Source: Gammaproteobacteria bacterium (GTDB lineage Bacteria > Pseudomonadota > Gammaproteobacteria > Steroidobacterales > UBA11654). Taken from it: a DNA stretch of 64,000 bases. The notes below the pieces were generated by a model, which ran no database searches, was not told the origin of the DNA, and saw only the letters and a list, made by a program, of their open reading frames with translations. The stretch lies in NCBI GenBank assembly GCA_029242945.1, contig JAQWSZ010000035.1, forward strand, positions 12,695-76,694, in the 5' to 3' direction. Shown here piece by piece: positions 18,684 through 30,603 of the stretch (positions within the stretch are counted from its first letter, which is position 1; every line of letters begins with the position of its first letter). Position numbers and translations under genes: made by a program.

Positions 18684-20213
18684 ATGAATTCAATAGACGA
18701 TATTAATCTTTCCAAACGAGACTTTCTCAAGTACACCACGAGCTTGCTTTCAGCCACAGTACTTCCCTTTTCATATCAATCAGCCTTAGCAAAAGAACAT
18801 TGGGATGTCATAGTAATCGGTGGAGGCACTGCTGGTTTACCTGCAGCTATTTTTGCTGCACAAAGAGGATTAAAAGTACTCATCATAGAAAAAGCTTCAA
18901 TTTTAGGAGGCACTTTATTCTTATCAACAGGACAGATTGCAGGTGCAGGAACCATATTCCAAGAAAGAAAAGGAATTAAGGATACACCCGATCAACACTA
19001 TGATGACATCATGAGAATTAATAATGGAACCTCTGACCCGATTCTCACTAGAACACTTGCTGATCATGCAGGCCCAACGATCAATTGGCTGGAGAAAAAT
19101 GGATACAGTATTTTTGAAAATCATCCTGTGAAAAAAATTGCCCATGATCCTTTTAGGATACCTAGATATCAACAAGGTCCTATGGGAGGAATGTCTATTC
19201 TCAATGTATTAAAACCTATTGTTGATAATCAGATCAACAAAGGTTCCATTACAGTTCTTCTAGAAACCAGTGCTAATGATCTGATTCAATCCGCTAATGG
19301 AGACATCACAGGTGTGATAGTTGAAAACAATAAAGGCAATATCTTAGAGTACAAAGGACAAAATATAGTTTTAGCTTCAGGTGGTTGTGCTTCAAATCCA
19401 CTTCTCTATGAAGAATTACATGGCGTTCCGCTATATTGCCAAATGGCTTATCCAGAAAGTCAAGGTGCGGGGCTAATATTAGGGCAATCGGTAGGAGGCT
19501 TCCTTAGAGGTGGAGAAAAATACTCACCACTGTATGGTATGGTCCTTTCAGACAATAAAGCACCTTCTACGCCATTTGCAGTAGCAAAAAATGTCATTGA
19601 AAGATTACCTTGGGAAATTTTAGTTAATTCAGAAGGAAAACGTTTTGTTCAAGAAGATCATCAGAGTATTGATCATATAGAGCATCTAATAGGGGAACAA
19701 CCCAGTCATCGACATTGGGCTATTCTTGATCAGGCCATGCTCAGTCAAATGCCAGCTATGTTCTATGATTGGGGTGGCTTCACTAATGAAAAAATTATTG
19801 AAGAATCTGAAAAGAAAAACATGTTTAAAAAAGCAGACACTATTAGAGAATTAGCAATCAAAACAGGCCTACATCCACTAAACCTTCAAAAAACAGTTGA
19901 AGGCTACAATACTAATCTTGTAAATAAAACAGTAGATGAATTTGGACGTGAATATCGACCACTACCATTACAAAATGGTCCTTATTACTCCATCAGAATG
20001 AGTGGGTGGACCTTGTGTTCTTTTGCAGGATTGAGCATCAATGGAAATTTTGAAGTTATAAGACCGTCAGGAGAACCAATAAAGAATCTCTACGCAATTG
20101 GTGAAGTGATTGGATTTGGTGCCACCTCAGGTAATGCTTATGTTAATGGCATGGGTGTTACTCCTGCACTAACCTATGGTCGATTATTAGGGCAGAATAT
20201 CAGCTCTAGTTAA
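18684..20213 (+). CDS. Tat-exported FAD-dependent oxidoreductase (fumarate-reductase/KstD-like flavoprotein)
   Basis: SKRDFLKYTTSLL...ALA leader (KR variant of the twin-arginine motif). GGGTAGLPAAIFAA dinucleotide-binding motif. C-terminal GEVIGFG flavoprotein block. Confidence 0.7.
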   Translation: MNSIDDINLSKRDFLKYTTSLLSATVLPFSYQSALAKEHWDVIVIGGGTAGLPAAIFAAQRGLKVLIIEKASILGGTLFLSTGQIAGAGTIFQERKGIKDTPDQHYDDIMRINNGTSDPILTRTLADHAGPTINWLEKNGYSIFENHPVKKIAHDPFRIPRYQQGPMGGMSILNVLKPIVDNQINKGSITVLLETSANDLIQSANGDITGVIVENNKGNILEYKGQNIVLASGGCASNPLLYEELHGVPLYCQMAYPESQGAGLILGQSVGGFLRGGEKYSPLYGMVLSDNKAPSTPFAVAKNVIERLPWEILVNSEGKRFVQEDHQSIDHIEHLIGEQPSHRHWAILDQAMLSQMPAMFYDWGGFTNEKIIEESEKKNMFKKADTIRELAIKTGLHPLNLQKTVEGYNTNLVNKTVDEFGREYRPLPLQNGPYYSIRMSGWTLCSFAGLSINGNFEVIRPSGEPIKNLYAIGEVIGFGATSGNAYVNGMGVTPALTYGRLLGQNISSS

Positions 20214-20713
20214 TCACTCGCCTTGACATTGTTTGCTCTTTTACTCAGTTCTAGCCCTAGATAGAATATCAGAGAGAAGACCAACGTACTAAGCAGCAAC
20301 CTAAAATCGAATGGTATTGCTAATGCGTATGTTTGTGCTAGTGATTTAGTACCAAGACCATTGACATATACACCAAAGTTAACAATCAGATGCCACAAAA
20401 TAACACTGGTAACACTGCTTTTGAATAACGAGCCTAATGAACCATCATTTATTGTTCTAGCTAGTAATCCTATTAGGATCATAGAGCCATAAACAAAGAG
20501 CATTGTGGAGCCATAAAAACCTAATAATAAATCAGTCATAAATAATATTGAAACAGGTAAAAATAACTGTAGGGTTTTATTATTTGATATAAATGGCATA
20601 AAGATAGCCATTGCTATTATTGGTGTATAACTAGGTGGCATAACGAACCTTGATAAAAAAATACAGAAAACGAGTAAGAAAATAGATTTCATCAATTCAT
20701 TTATATTCATCAT
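20210..20713 (-). CDS. polytopic membrane protein, unknown function
   Basis: 167 aa, about five hydrophobic helices; no motif recognised. Confidence 0.4.
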   Translation of the reverse strand: MMNINELMKSIFLLVFCIFLSRFVMPPSYTPIIAMAIFMPFISNNKTLQLFLPVSILFMTDLLLGFYGSTMLFVYGSMILIGLLARTINDGSLGSLFKSSVTSVILWHLIVNFGVYVNGLGTKSLAQTYALAIPFDFRLLLSTLVFSLIFYLGLELSKRANNVKASD

Positions 20714-20767
20714 GGACCCCTATATTATTTATCAAAATTATAACAAAATTTAAGACGACATCATTGG

Positions 20768-21274
20768 TTATTTTTGAGCAAAGATAAAATTAAATTCTTC
20801 AACGATAATGGGCATATCATCAGTACAAGATTTATTATATTTTTTCAAAAGGCCGTTCCAATAATCTCTATGCAACGGGATCCAAATATCTGGATCTTGA
20901 ACAGGTGGACCATCCATTTGAGTTTCTTTATAAGTGATCTCACCAAATGTTGTATTGTAAAGATTTGATATTTGGATCATTACTTCTGGCGTACCATCAT
21001 AGCCTAGGAGAATAATTGGCATATTAATAACAGAGTTGGGATGTTTTTCTATAGTCATAATCCATGGCAAACTAAACGTTGCTACCTTTTCCTTTTCTTT
21101 AATAAAATCAAGAATTAATCCTGTTGTCTCTTCATCTATTCCGATGCATCTAATTTGATGATCTCTTCTGAGTTTAGAATCATAGTTCACAGCTTTTTCA
21201 AAAAAAATATCAATTAAGTCATGATCAAGATTTTTTTCAGGCCCCTCTCTATCTATCACTATTGATCTTATCAT
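20768..21274 (-). CDS. hypothetical cytoplasmic protein
   Basis: 168-aa ORF with a GAGGAG RBS ~10 nt upstream of the ATG; no recognisable motif. Confidence 0.4.
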   Translation of the reverse strand: MIRSIVIDREGPEKNLDHDLIDIFFEKAVNYDSKLRRDHQIRCIGIDEETTGLILDFIKEKEKVATFSLPWIMTIEKHPNSVINMPIILLGYDGTPEVMIQISNLYNTTFGEITYKETQMDGPPVQDPDIWIPLHRDYWNGLLKKYNKSCTDDMPIIVEEFNFIFAQK

Positions 21275-21432
21275 TGGATGATTCTCCTCTATTTTTAACT
21301 TTAGATTTTTTAATATAAATATTTTTTATAAATAAGATACTACTATCTTCTAGATTATGAATTTTTTCAATACGACTTTTTAATTGCATGGTAGACTTCA
21401 TTTAACCATTGTTTTTAATATAATTAACTTGA

Positions 21433-23745
21433 ATGCTAAGAAATAATTATAAGTTTTTGAAAATGAAGAAGATTGCATTTTGTACTCTTTTTATCTCATT
21501 GCTAGCAGTTCATAGTTCCATTTCTTTCGCTGAGTTTGAGGCTAATGAAGCCATTGAACAACTATCCACACTGACAGATCAATTAAACAAAGAAAGCATC
21601 AACGAACGAAGTATTAAAACTATCAGAGAACAGTCTACAAAATTAAGAGCATCAGCTCTCAATTGCATCGATGAAGTTGATCCTCAGGTTCAAGCATTAA
21701 AAGAAGAAATTGAAGCCATTGGGGACATTAATCCAGAAATTGATATTCAAGTCTATGATCGACTAACAAAAGCAAAAGAAAATCTAAGACGTGTTGATAC
21801 AAATTTGAAGAACTGTTCTCTTACCGTAGTTCGCTCATCAAGGTTAATTGATTTATCGAACAAATTATTAAATGATTTGACAACAGAATTATTAAGCGAG
21901 AAAGATAAAAATATCCTGGATGCTATAACCTCAATTCCAGAGCAAATAACACTTTTACCAATTCTATTTTTTGATCAAACATTACAAAAAGTTAATCAAA
22001 ATACAATTATCGTATTAGTCTTATTGCTACTAGTTGGCTTTAGTTTTGGTTTTTTTCTGGGCGATCAAATAAAAAAAATTCAATACAATAGCTTTTTCAA
22101 AAATATTAATAGGCAGTTAATACTTGACCTAAGATCACTCTTTAAGCCTTTTGGAAGAGTCCAAGCACCTTTTCTTATAGGAACATTAGGTGTGACTGCT
22201 GCATTGAGTCTAGCCCTATCCTCAGGACCAAATGAATCTTGGTTAATAAGAATGACATTAAGTCCAGTAATTATTTCATTATCTTATGTTTTGATTAATT
22301 GGGTTACTGGTTCTCTATCTCTAAATGCGATCAAAGAAGATAATAAAAAAGAAGATAAAAAAACGTTAAAAAATAAATTAAAGTTTTTAACGCTTGTATT
22401 AATTTCTAGTTACATCCTTTTTGGACCCGAATGGCTTTCAAGTAATATAGCTGCGACTCAATCTTTAATGAGGATTAGTATAGTTAGCCTAATTATACTT
22501 TCAATGATTTCAGTTCTTACTTCTGTATCAAAAGTGTTTTCTCTAAATGGTGAATATGGAATATTAAAATTTTTAGGCTATTCTGCACTTGGTATTAGTT
22601 TCTTAGCAGAATTATCAGGTTTTCATAATCTTTCAAGCTTTATATTGAGCGGCTTCATAATCACATTATTTTCTTCCTATGTTTTTTGGTCACTTTTATC
22701 CTTAAGTGAGACAAGTACACAATGGATTGATACGAGCACGAATACCATTGGGATAAAAATTAGAGGGTTCCTCAATATACCTAGAGATCAGGGCAAATCT
22801 AAACTAGGAGTATATCAACTGTTTTTTGACGCACTATTCTGGCTTGGCTTTTTAATGATAATTTTTCAAATATGGGATCCTACAGGCACTGTTTTAGGAA
22901 CAATTTCATCATATGCAACGGATGGTATCCCCATGGGAGATATACGAATAATTCCAACGAATATTATTGCAGGAATCATTGCTTTCGTAGTCTTAACTGG
23001 CATAACAGGATGGATCAAAGTTTGGATTGAAAAAAGATGGTTAAGGCAGATCACATCAGATAGAGGAGCAAGGGATGCCTTGGTTACTATCGTGGGTTAT
23101 GCAGGATTTACGCTCTCTATCTTAGTTGGTTTATCGATCGGTGGTATCAATATTACAGGATTAGCCGTGGTAGCAGGTGCACTTTCAGTAGGTATTGGTT
23201 TTGGATTGCAGTCCATAGCAAACAATTTTGTCTCAGGCATTATTCTACTTTTTGAACGACCTATTAAATCAGGCGATTTTATTAGTGTTGGTGATGTTGA
23301 GGGTTATGTGAAAAAAATAAGCATTAGAGCCACAGAAATAGAAACATTGGATAATCAAGATATGCTTATTCCCAATTCTGAATTGGTCTCCGGAAGAGTC
23401 ACTAATTGGGTTCTCCATAACCCATATGGAAGACTAAGACTCAAGATTGGAGTTGCATACGGCAGTGATGTAAAAACAGTAATTAATATTCTAGAAAGCA
23501 TTGCTTGTACTAATGAACAAGTGATTACTGATGGAAGAGCATCCCCTCCTAAGGCATTATTTATGGGCTTTGGAGATAGTGCCTTGGATTTTGAGCTTAG
23601 AGTTAGGATATTAGATATCAAAAAAAGATACGATGTTTTAAGTGAACTCAATTTGGGAGTCAATGATGAATTCATTAAAGAAGGTATTAAAATACCCTTT
23701 CCTCAAAGAGATATTCACATTAAAGATTGGTCTAATAAAAAATAA
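21433..23745 (+). CDS. MscK/KefA-like mechanosensitive channel (MscS family)
   Basis: Signal and coiled-coil periplasmic N-domain, about 10 TM helices, C-terminal MscS core (GDFISVGDVEGYV, PNSELVSGRVTNW, PFPQRDIHI). The true start may be the MKKIAF codon at 21463. Confidence 0.8.
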   Translation: MLRNNYKFLKMKKIAFCTLFISLLAVHSSISFAEFEANEAIEQLSTLTDQLNKESINERSIKTIREQSTKLRASALNCIDEVDPQVQALKEEIEAIGDINPEIDIQVYDRLTKAKENLRRVDTNLKNCSLTVVRSSRLIDLSNKLLNDLTTELLSEKDKNILDAITSIPEQITLLPILFFDQTLQKVNQNTIIVLVLLLLVGFSFGFFLGDQIKKIQYNSFFKNINRQLILDLRSLFKPFGRVQAPFLIGTLGVTAALSLALSSGPNESWLIRMTLSPVIISLSYVLINWVTGSLSLNAIKEDNKKEDKKTLKNKLKFLTLVLISSYILFGPEWLSSNIAATQSLMRISIVSLIILSMISVLTSVSKVFSLNGEYGILKFLGYSALGISFLAELSGFHNLSSFILSGFIITLFSSYVFWSLLSLSETSTQWIDTSTNTIGIKIRGFLNIPRDQGKSKLGVYQLFFDALFWLGFLMIIFQIWDPTGTVLGTISSYATDGIPMGDIRIIPTNIIAGIIAFVVLTGITGWIKVWIEKRWLRQITSDRGARDALVTIVGYAGFTLSILVGLSIGGINITGLAVVAGALSVGIGFGLQSIANNFVSGIILLFERPIKSGDFISVGDVEGYVKKISIRATEIETLDNQDMLIPNSELVSGRVTNWVLHNPYGRLRLKIGVAYGSDVKTVINILESIACTNEQVITDGRASPPKALFMGFGDSALDFELRVRILDIKKRYDVLSELNLGVNDEFIKEGIKIPFPQRDIHIKDWSNKK

Positions 23746-23770
23746 ATAGATAATCATAACTAAAGGGTCA

Positions 23771-24853
23771 GTGGATATTCTGAGTAAATATTTGTCTATA
23801 GATGGTCTTAGAGATGACCCATCTCAACGATTAATTATTCAAGAGCTATCCTTATTGCAATCTCACTTAACTACTCTTGATAAAAACGAAAATAGATTTT
23901 TAAATATAGGATTCAAAAAGAGAGAGAAATGGGACAACAAAGGCATGTACTTATGGGGTGATGTAGGCAGAGGAAAAACATTTCTCATGGATTTATTTTT
24001 TGAAACCTTGGATATCAAAAAGAAAAAGAGATTACATTTTCATCATTTATTGGATGAAATCCATGAAGCCATTAAACTAACTAAGAATATAGAAAATCCA
24101 ATTGAAGACTTTGTTAAAAATATTGCTAAAGAGGTCAGAGTAATATGTTTTGATGAATTCTATATTGAAGATATAGCCGATGCTATGATACTGAGCAAAC
24201 TATTAGAAAATATATTCAAGTATAAAATATACCTTGTCATCACATCTAATTGTATGCCATCTGAGTTATATAAAGATGGCCTACAAAGAGATCTTTTTTT
24301 ACCCGCTATAGATTCAATTAAAAAAAACCTAATGATAATTAATATTAGTCAAGGTGTTGACTACAGACAAATCATTAATAAAAGCACTCAGCTTCCTATT
24401 GAAAATGATGATTATGATCATAAAAATCTTGAAAAATACTTTTTATCAATTAATGGGTCTAATTATAAAACAAATGAAAGCATTATTATTCGTGGAAGAG
24501 AAATTGAAAGTCTTTACTGTGGAGATCAAATAGTATGGTTCGATTTTCTCGCCATTTGTGGTTATAAAAGAAGTAAAAATGATTACATTGATATAGCAAA
24601 CAAATACAAAAACATCATCATCTCCAATATTATAGAAATGAATTCAGAAATGGAGAACGAAGCTAGAAGGTTCATTGCACTCATAGATGAATTATATGAT
24701 CAAAATATTAATCTAATACTAGCGACAAATAATGATTATAAAAATCTTTACCAAGGAGAAAAACTTAAATCTGAGTTTAAAAGAACTTATAGTAGATTAA
24801 TTGAAATGCAAGACAATGATTATTCTAATGGAAACAAAGATATAAATTTTTAA
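23771..24853 (+). CDS. zapE: AFG1-family ATPase ZapE
   Basis: GTG start; Walker A GDVGRGKTFLMD; Walker B ICFDEF. Confidence 0.8.
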   Translation: MDILSKYLSIDGLRDDPSQRLIIQELSLLQSHLTTLDKNENRFLNIGFKKREKWDNKGMYLWGDVGRGKTFLMDLFFETLDIKKKKRLHFHHLLDEIHEAIKLTKNIENPIEDFVKNIAKEVRVICFDEFYIEDIADAMILSKLLENIFKYKIYLVITSNCMPSELYKDGLQRDLFLPAIDSIKKNLMIINISQGVDYRQIINKSTQLPIENDDYDHKNLEKYFLSINGSNYKTNESIIIRGREIESLYCGDQIVWFDFLAICGYKRSKNDYIDIANKYKNIIISNIIEMNSEMENEARRFIALIDELYDQNINLILATNNDYKNLYQGEKLKSEFKRTYSRLIEMQDNDYSNGNKDINF

Positions 24854-26121
24854 ATAACTTCTTTATTGTCCATATAAGCTCTTAAAGCTTTAGGAACAAT
24901 AATTGACCCATCTTCTTGTTGGTAATTCTCTATAACAGCTATAAAAGTCCTTCCTACAGCCAAACCAGATCCATTTAAAGTATGCAGATATTCACTTTTA
25001 CCTGAGATATTATTTTTCCATCTTGCCTTAATTCTTCTTGATTGGAATGACTCACAATTACTGCATGAAGAAATTTCCCTATATCTATTTTGTGAAGGTA
25101 ACCAAACTTCAATGTCATAAGTTTTAGCCGAGGTATCTCCAGTATCACCAGCACACAATAATACAACTCTATAAGGTAATTCTAACTTTTTTAGAATTGA
25201 CTCAGCATGATTGGTAAGTTCTTCTAGCGCATCGTATGATTCTTCAGGTTTTACAATTTGAACTAATTCTACTTTTTCAAATTGATGCTGCCTGATCATA
25301 CCTTTTGTATCTTGACCATAAGAGCCTGCTTCTGATCTAAAACAGGGTGTATGGGCCACCATTTTAATCGGTAATTCAGTTTCATCTACTATTCTATCTC
25401 TGATGAGGTTTGTAAGTGGAACCTCTGCTGTAGGAATTAAATAAAAATCTTGATCTCCATTAATCTTGAATAGATCGGACTCAAATTTAGGCAGTTGTCC
25501 AGTTCCCTCAAGACTTCTTGACTTAACAAGACTCGGAACATAATGCTCTGTATAACCATTATTATTGGTTTGATGATCTAACATAAAAGCAATCAATGCT
25601 CTGTGAAGTTTTGCATAATTATTCTTAATGACAGTAAATCTTGATCCTGATAACTTCGATGCTTCCTCAAAATTTATTTCTCCTGACTGTTCACCTAATT
25701 CAACATGATCTTTAATACGATCATTACTTATTTTTGGCTCTCCCCACTTCTTTATTTCTAGATTTTCGCTTTCATTTTTCCCAGAAGGAACTGACTCATG
25801 AAGTATGTTGGGTATAGTCTTAGATAGATAATTAAAATCAGTCATGAGTTCAGATATTTTATCTTCGGATTCTTTTAATATTTTATTCAAAGATTTCATC
25901 TCTGTTTTTAATTCTTCTTTATCACTATCCAGTAGCTGATTTGATCCAATATCTTTTGAAATGAGATTCTTTTTACTTCTCATATCTTCAATATTGGATT
26001 GAATTTTTCTTACCTTTATATCGAGCTCAATAAAATAATCCAGATCAAAATTGCTGGATCTTTTGTGAAGACTACTAGCTATCAAGTCCCTATTTTTTCT
26101 TATAATTTTTGGATCAATCAT
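24850..26121 (-). CDS. serS: seryl-tRNA synthetase
   Basis: N-terminal coiled-coil arm and class II motifs (FRSEAGS, TLNGSGLAVGR). Confidence 0.95.
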   Translation of the reverse strand: MIDPKIIRKNRDLIASSLHKRSSNFDLDYFIELDIKVRKIQSNIEDMRSKKNLISKDIGSNQLLDSDKEELKTEMKSLNKILKESEDKISELMTDFNYLSKTIPNILHESVPSGKNESENLEIKKWGEPKISNDRIKDHVELGEQSGEINFEEASKLSGSRFTVIKNNYAKLHRALIAFMLDHQTNNNGYTEHYVPSLVKSRSLEGTGQLPKFESDLFKINGDQDFYLIPTAEVPLTNLIRDRIVDETELPIKMVAHTPCFRSEAGSYGQDTKGMIRQHQFEKVELVQIVKPEESYDALEELTNHAESILKKLELPYRVVLLCAGDTGDTSAKTYDIEVWLPSQNRYREISSCSNCESFQSRRIKARWKNNISGKSEYLHTLNGSGLAVGRTFIAVIENYQQEDGSIIVPKALRAYMDNKEVI

Positions 26122-26156
26122 TTAATTTTATTATTTCGATATTTATTAGTTATTAA

Positions 26157-26516
26157 TTATATCCATTTGCTGATAGTAAAAAAACCAACAATTACACCTA
26201 TACTATCAGCTATCCAATCAAACCATTCAAATGATCTATGAATAAAAAAACCCATTTGCATTAATTCTAATAAAAGACCAAAAAATACTAAGTAAGATAG
26301 AAGAATAAATTTATGGCTATATTTATAGATCATTACAAACCAGCTTGTTAAAAAAAAGAACATAAGAAAATGAATTAGCTTATCTATGCCAATCAATGAA
26401 TCAAATATTTCAATATCTGGTGTATTCATGAAATGCAAGACAGTTATAGATAAGACTAATAAAGTACTAATGAAGTTCTGAATGTCTTTGGATAAACCCT
26501 TAAAATAGTCAATCAT
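26157..26516 (-). CDS. VanZ-like membrane protein
   Basis: DKLIHFLMFFFL and DWIADSIGVIVG blocks. Start moved to the internal Met (track start 26567 overlaps lolA by 59 nt). Confidence 0.55.
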   Translation of the reverse strand: MIDYFKGLSKDIQNFISTLLVLSITVLHFMNTPDIEIFDSLIGIDKLIHFLMFFFLTSWFVMIYKYSHKFILLSYLVFFGLLLELMQMGFFIHRSFEWFDWIADSIGVIVGFFTISKWI

Positions 26517-27135
26517 TTGATTGGTCAATAATTTCAGTGTTTTTAGGAGGGTTAAAAACAAATTCATTGTTGCTAAGATTAGTGTTAATTAAAGCATTTA
26601 TCAGCTTTATTTCTAATGATTCATTTTTACTATCTACAAATGTAAGCTTATTCAAGATGCCGTTCAGGATACTGATATTTATCCTTTCAAAACTATTTCC
26701 TCTAGTATTTGAAATAAGTGAAAATAATACTTCACTGTCATCTGTATCAATTTTTTCAATCGAATAAAAATTTAAGATACTAGCATTTCTAAGAAGCAAA
26801 ATAAGAAATGAATCGTAAGCTTCTATAGGTAATGAAGAGATTAACAGCTGATTTAGCTGTGAATCAAAGATACTTAGTTTATCTTGATGTAAGATGATTT
26901 TCTTTACAAAAGGCTGCTTGATATCCCATATTAAGTGATGAGGTTTTTTTATTTTTATACGACCATTCGATTGATTGATCATTGCATTAGAAACAGAATA
27001 ATTCGTCTGTATAAAATCAGCTTTTATGGTATTTATATTCTCTAGATATTCTTTTAAGCTTAGTTCTTGTGTAGAAATATTTTGAAATAATAATATTAAT
27101 GATATACAAACAATTAGCTTACTGTTTACTTTCAT
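26509..27135 (-). CDS. lolA: outer-membrane lipoprotein carrier LolA
   Basis: Signal peptide and ADFIQ block. Conserved position between ftsK and serS as in E. coli. Confidence 0.7.
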   Translation of the reverse strand: MKVNSKLIVCISLILLFQNISTQELSLKEYLENINTIKADFIQTNYSVSNAMINQSNGRIKIKKPHHLIWDIKQPFVKKIILHQDKLSIFDSQLNQLLISSLPIEAYDSFLILLLRNASILNFYSIEKIDTDDSEVLFSLISNTRGNSFERINISILNGILNKLTFVDSKNESLEIKLINALINTNLSNNEFVFNPPKNTEIIDQSND

Positions 27136-27147
27136 TAAAATGAATAT

Positions 27148-29406
27148 TTAATCTTTAGGTGGGGGTGGAGCCAGTATTTCCCTCTTACCATTTGGCTCAA
27201 CCGCACTAAGTATGCCTATTTCTTCCATTTTCTCAATGATTCTTGCTGACCGATTGTATCCAATTCTTAATTTTCTTTGAACAGATGAAATAGAAGCATT
27301 TCTTGATTCGGTAACAAGTTTCACTGCCTCATCAAACAACGGGTCATTTTCGCTGTCATCAGAAGACTGACGATCCAAGCCTGGAAGATCATCAACGGCA
27401 CCAGAAGTTATTTCATCAATAAATATTGGCTCGGATTCTAGCTGTAATTCTTTCGAGACTTGATTGACCTCATCATCGGAAACGAAGGCGCCATGAACTC
27501 TTATAGGATTAGAGGAACCGGGAGCAATATATAACATATCTCCATTCCCTAATAAGCTCTCAGCTCCCATTTGATCCAAGATGGTTCTTGAATCAACTTT
27601 TGCTGAAACCTGGAATGCGATTCTGGATGGGATATTGGCTTTAATAAGACCTGTGATAACATCAACAGAAGGTCTCTGTGTTGCAACAATCATATGTATA
27701 CCTGAAGCTCTAGCTTTTGCTGCTAGTCGTGTTATTAACTGTTCCACTTTTTTACCAACAGTCAACATCATGTCAGCCAATTCATCAATAACTACAACAA
27801 TATTTGGCAAAGTTTCTAAATCCGGTATTGCTGTGCTTTCTCCTAATTGAATTTGTTTATCTACATCAAATAATGGATCTTGGATAGGTTCACCATTTTT
27901 TATTGCATCTTCAATTTTCTTATTTAAGCCTTTAAGGTTTCTTACTTTTAGTTCTGACATTAGCTTGTAACGTCTCTCCATTTCTACTACACACCAACGA
28001 AGAGCATTTGCTGCTTGCTTCATGTCTGTCACAACAGGTGCTAATAAATGAGGTATGCCTCCATATACAGATAACTCCAGCATTTTTGGATCTATTAGAA
28101 TCATCCTTACATCTTTCGGTGTTGCTTTATATAATAAACTTACAATCATGGCATTAATACCAACTGATTTACCTGAACCTGTTGTCCCTGCTATAAGAAG
28201 ATGAGGCATTTTTTGCAGATCAGCAACTATAGGATTACCAGCAATATCTTTACCCAAAGCAATAGATAAGGGTGAACCCATATCTTCAAATGTCTTAGAT
28301 CTAAGAATTTCTCCCAAAACAACTAGAGCTCTTTTTTCATTTGGAATTTCAATACCAATAAAAGATTTTCCTTCTATAACTTCAACTATCCTTACGCTTG
28401 ATACCGAAAGTGACCTTGCTAAATCTTTAGATAGATTACTAATTTGACTAACTTTAACCCCAGGGGCTGGATTGATTTCAAATCGTGTGACAATCGGTCC
28501 TGGAAGTACTTCTTCAACTGTTGCGTCAATCCCAAAATCTTTTAATTTTAATTCTAATAAACGTGATAAAGCTTCGAGTGATTCTTCTGAATTTCCGTAT
28601 TTTTCATTGGGTGTTTCATCCAAAAGATCTAAACTAGGAAGAGAAGTCGTATCACTGGATTCAAATAACTTAGATTGTCTTTGTTCTCTAGCTTTTAACC
28701 CTTCTTCTATTAAAGGTTTGGATTTTTCAATTTTTGGTTTTGAAGTGTATTTTTTAGGGGTTTTATCCACTTTAGTATCTGTGGAAAAAATTGTTTTGCT
28801 ATCAATTTCATTTTTTACTTCAACAGTCTTGTTAAGAGTATTCTTTATTTCAATAGCCTTAGAAATATCTTTAGATTTCAATAGTACTTTTTTGACAGCT
28901 GTAATAATTAATATACTAGTTTTTATTACATATCTGCCAATTAGGTCTATCAAACTAATCCATGAAAAACCGATAAACACAGGAAGAAAAGAAAACCAAA
29001 TAGCCAGCATTAAAAGAGTTGCTCCTATAAGGCTAAAGCTATTCAATAAAGAAGAAGCAATAACCAAGCCTAAAATTCCACCAGATCCTTCTGGCATCCA
29101 AGGTATAGATAGATGTATTGATGCGATTACACACGTTGTGATCAAAATTATGAGAAATGAAACAACTTTAAGTATTATCATTTCTTGATGAGACTGTTTT
29201 GATTCTTTAGATGTAATTAAAATCAAAGATAATATAAAGAATAGTAGCGGAATAAAATAACTGGATACTCCTATAAACGTTATTACTAAACTAGAAAAAA
29301 AAGAACCAAATATACCTATAAAGTTATAAACAATTTCATTAGAACCTGTCGAATTATATCCAGAATCAGTCGGGCTATAGGAAATTAAAGCCAAAAAGAA
29401 TATCAA
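27148..29406 (-). CDS. ftsK: DNA translocase FtsK (N-terminus probably extends upstream of the track start)
   Basis: Walker [10 protein letters not shown], Walker [12 protein letters not shown]-terminal gamma wHTH ([20 protein letters not shown]). The frame stays open to 29499 with no ATG/GTG. Confidence 0.9.
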   Translation of the reverse strand: MIFFLALISYSPTDSGYNSTGSNEIVYNFIGIFGSFFSSLVITFIGVSSYFIPLLFFILSLILITSKESKQSHQEMIILKVVSFLIILITTCVIASIHLSIPWMPEGSGGILGLVIASSLLNSFSLIGATLLMLAIWFSFLPVFIGFSWISLIDLIGRYVIKTSILIITAVKKVLLKSKDISKAIEIKNTLNKTVEVKNEIDSKTIFSTDTKVDKTPKKYTSKPKIEKSKPLIEEGLKAREQRQSKLFESSDTTSLPSLDLLDETPNEKYGNSEESLEALSRLLELKLKDFGIDATVEEVLPGPIVTRFEINPAPGVKVSQISNLSKDLARSLSVSSVRIVEVIEGKSFIGIEIPNEKRALVVLGEILRSKTFEDMGSPLSIALGKDIAGNPIVADLQKMPHLLIAGTTGSGKSVGINAMIVSLLYKATPKDVRMILIDPKMLELSVYGGIPHLLAPVVTDMKQAANALRWCVVEMERRYKLMSELKVRNLKGLNKKIEDAIKNGEPIQDPLFDVDKQIQLGESTAIPDLETLPNIVVVIDELADMMLTVGKKVEQLITRLAAKARASGIHMIVATQRPSVDVITGLIKANIPSRIAFQVSAKVDSRTILDQMGAESLLGNGDMLYIAPGSSNPIRVHGAFVSDDEVNQVSKELQLESEPIFIDEITSGAVDDLPGLDRQSSDDSENDPLFDEAVKLVTESRNASISSVQRKLRIGYNRSARIIEKMEEIGILSAVEPNGKREILAPPPPKD

Positions 29407-29550
29407 ACCGAATGAGAATAATACGACTATAAGTGACTCTCGAAGTAATTCGCCTTTACTAAAAAACTTCTTGAAATTAATCTTTGAAATAATGATTCCT
29501 TATTTATAAATCAAATAATAAAATGAATTTAAGATAATATTTAAACTTAA

Positions 29551-30558
<1,008 letters not shown>

Positions 30559-30603
30559 TAAATATAGTTTAGAATATTTTTTTGATTAACTAGAGATTTA
30601 AAT

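Noticed and set aside
28472-29188. 238-aa + strand ORF antisense to ftsK
   Set aside because: It lies entirely inside the well-supported ftsK frame. It has low-complexity Ser/Phe/Ile-rich composition typical of shadow ORFs in AT-rich coding DNA, and no RBS or motif.
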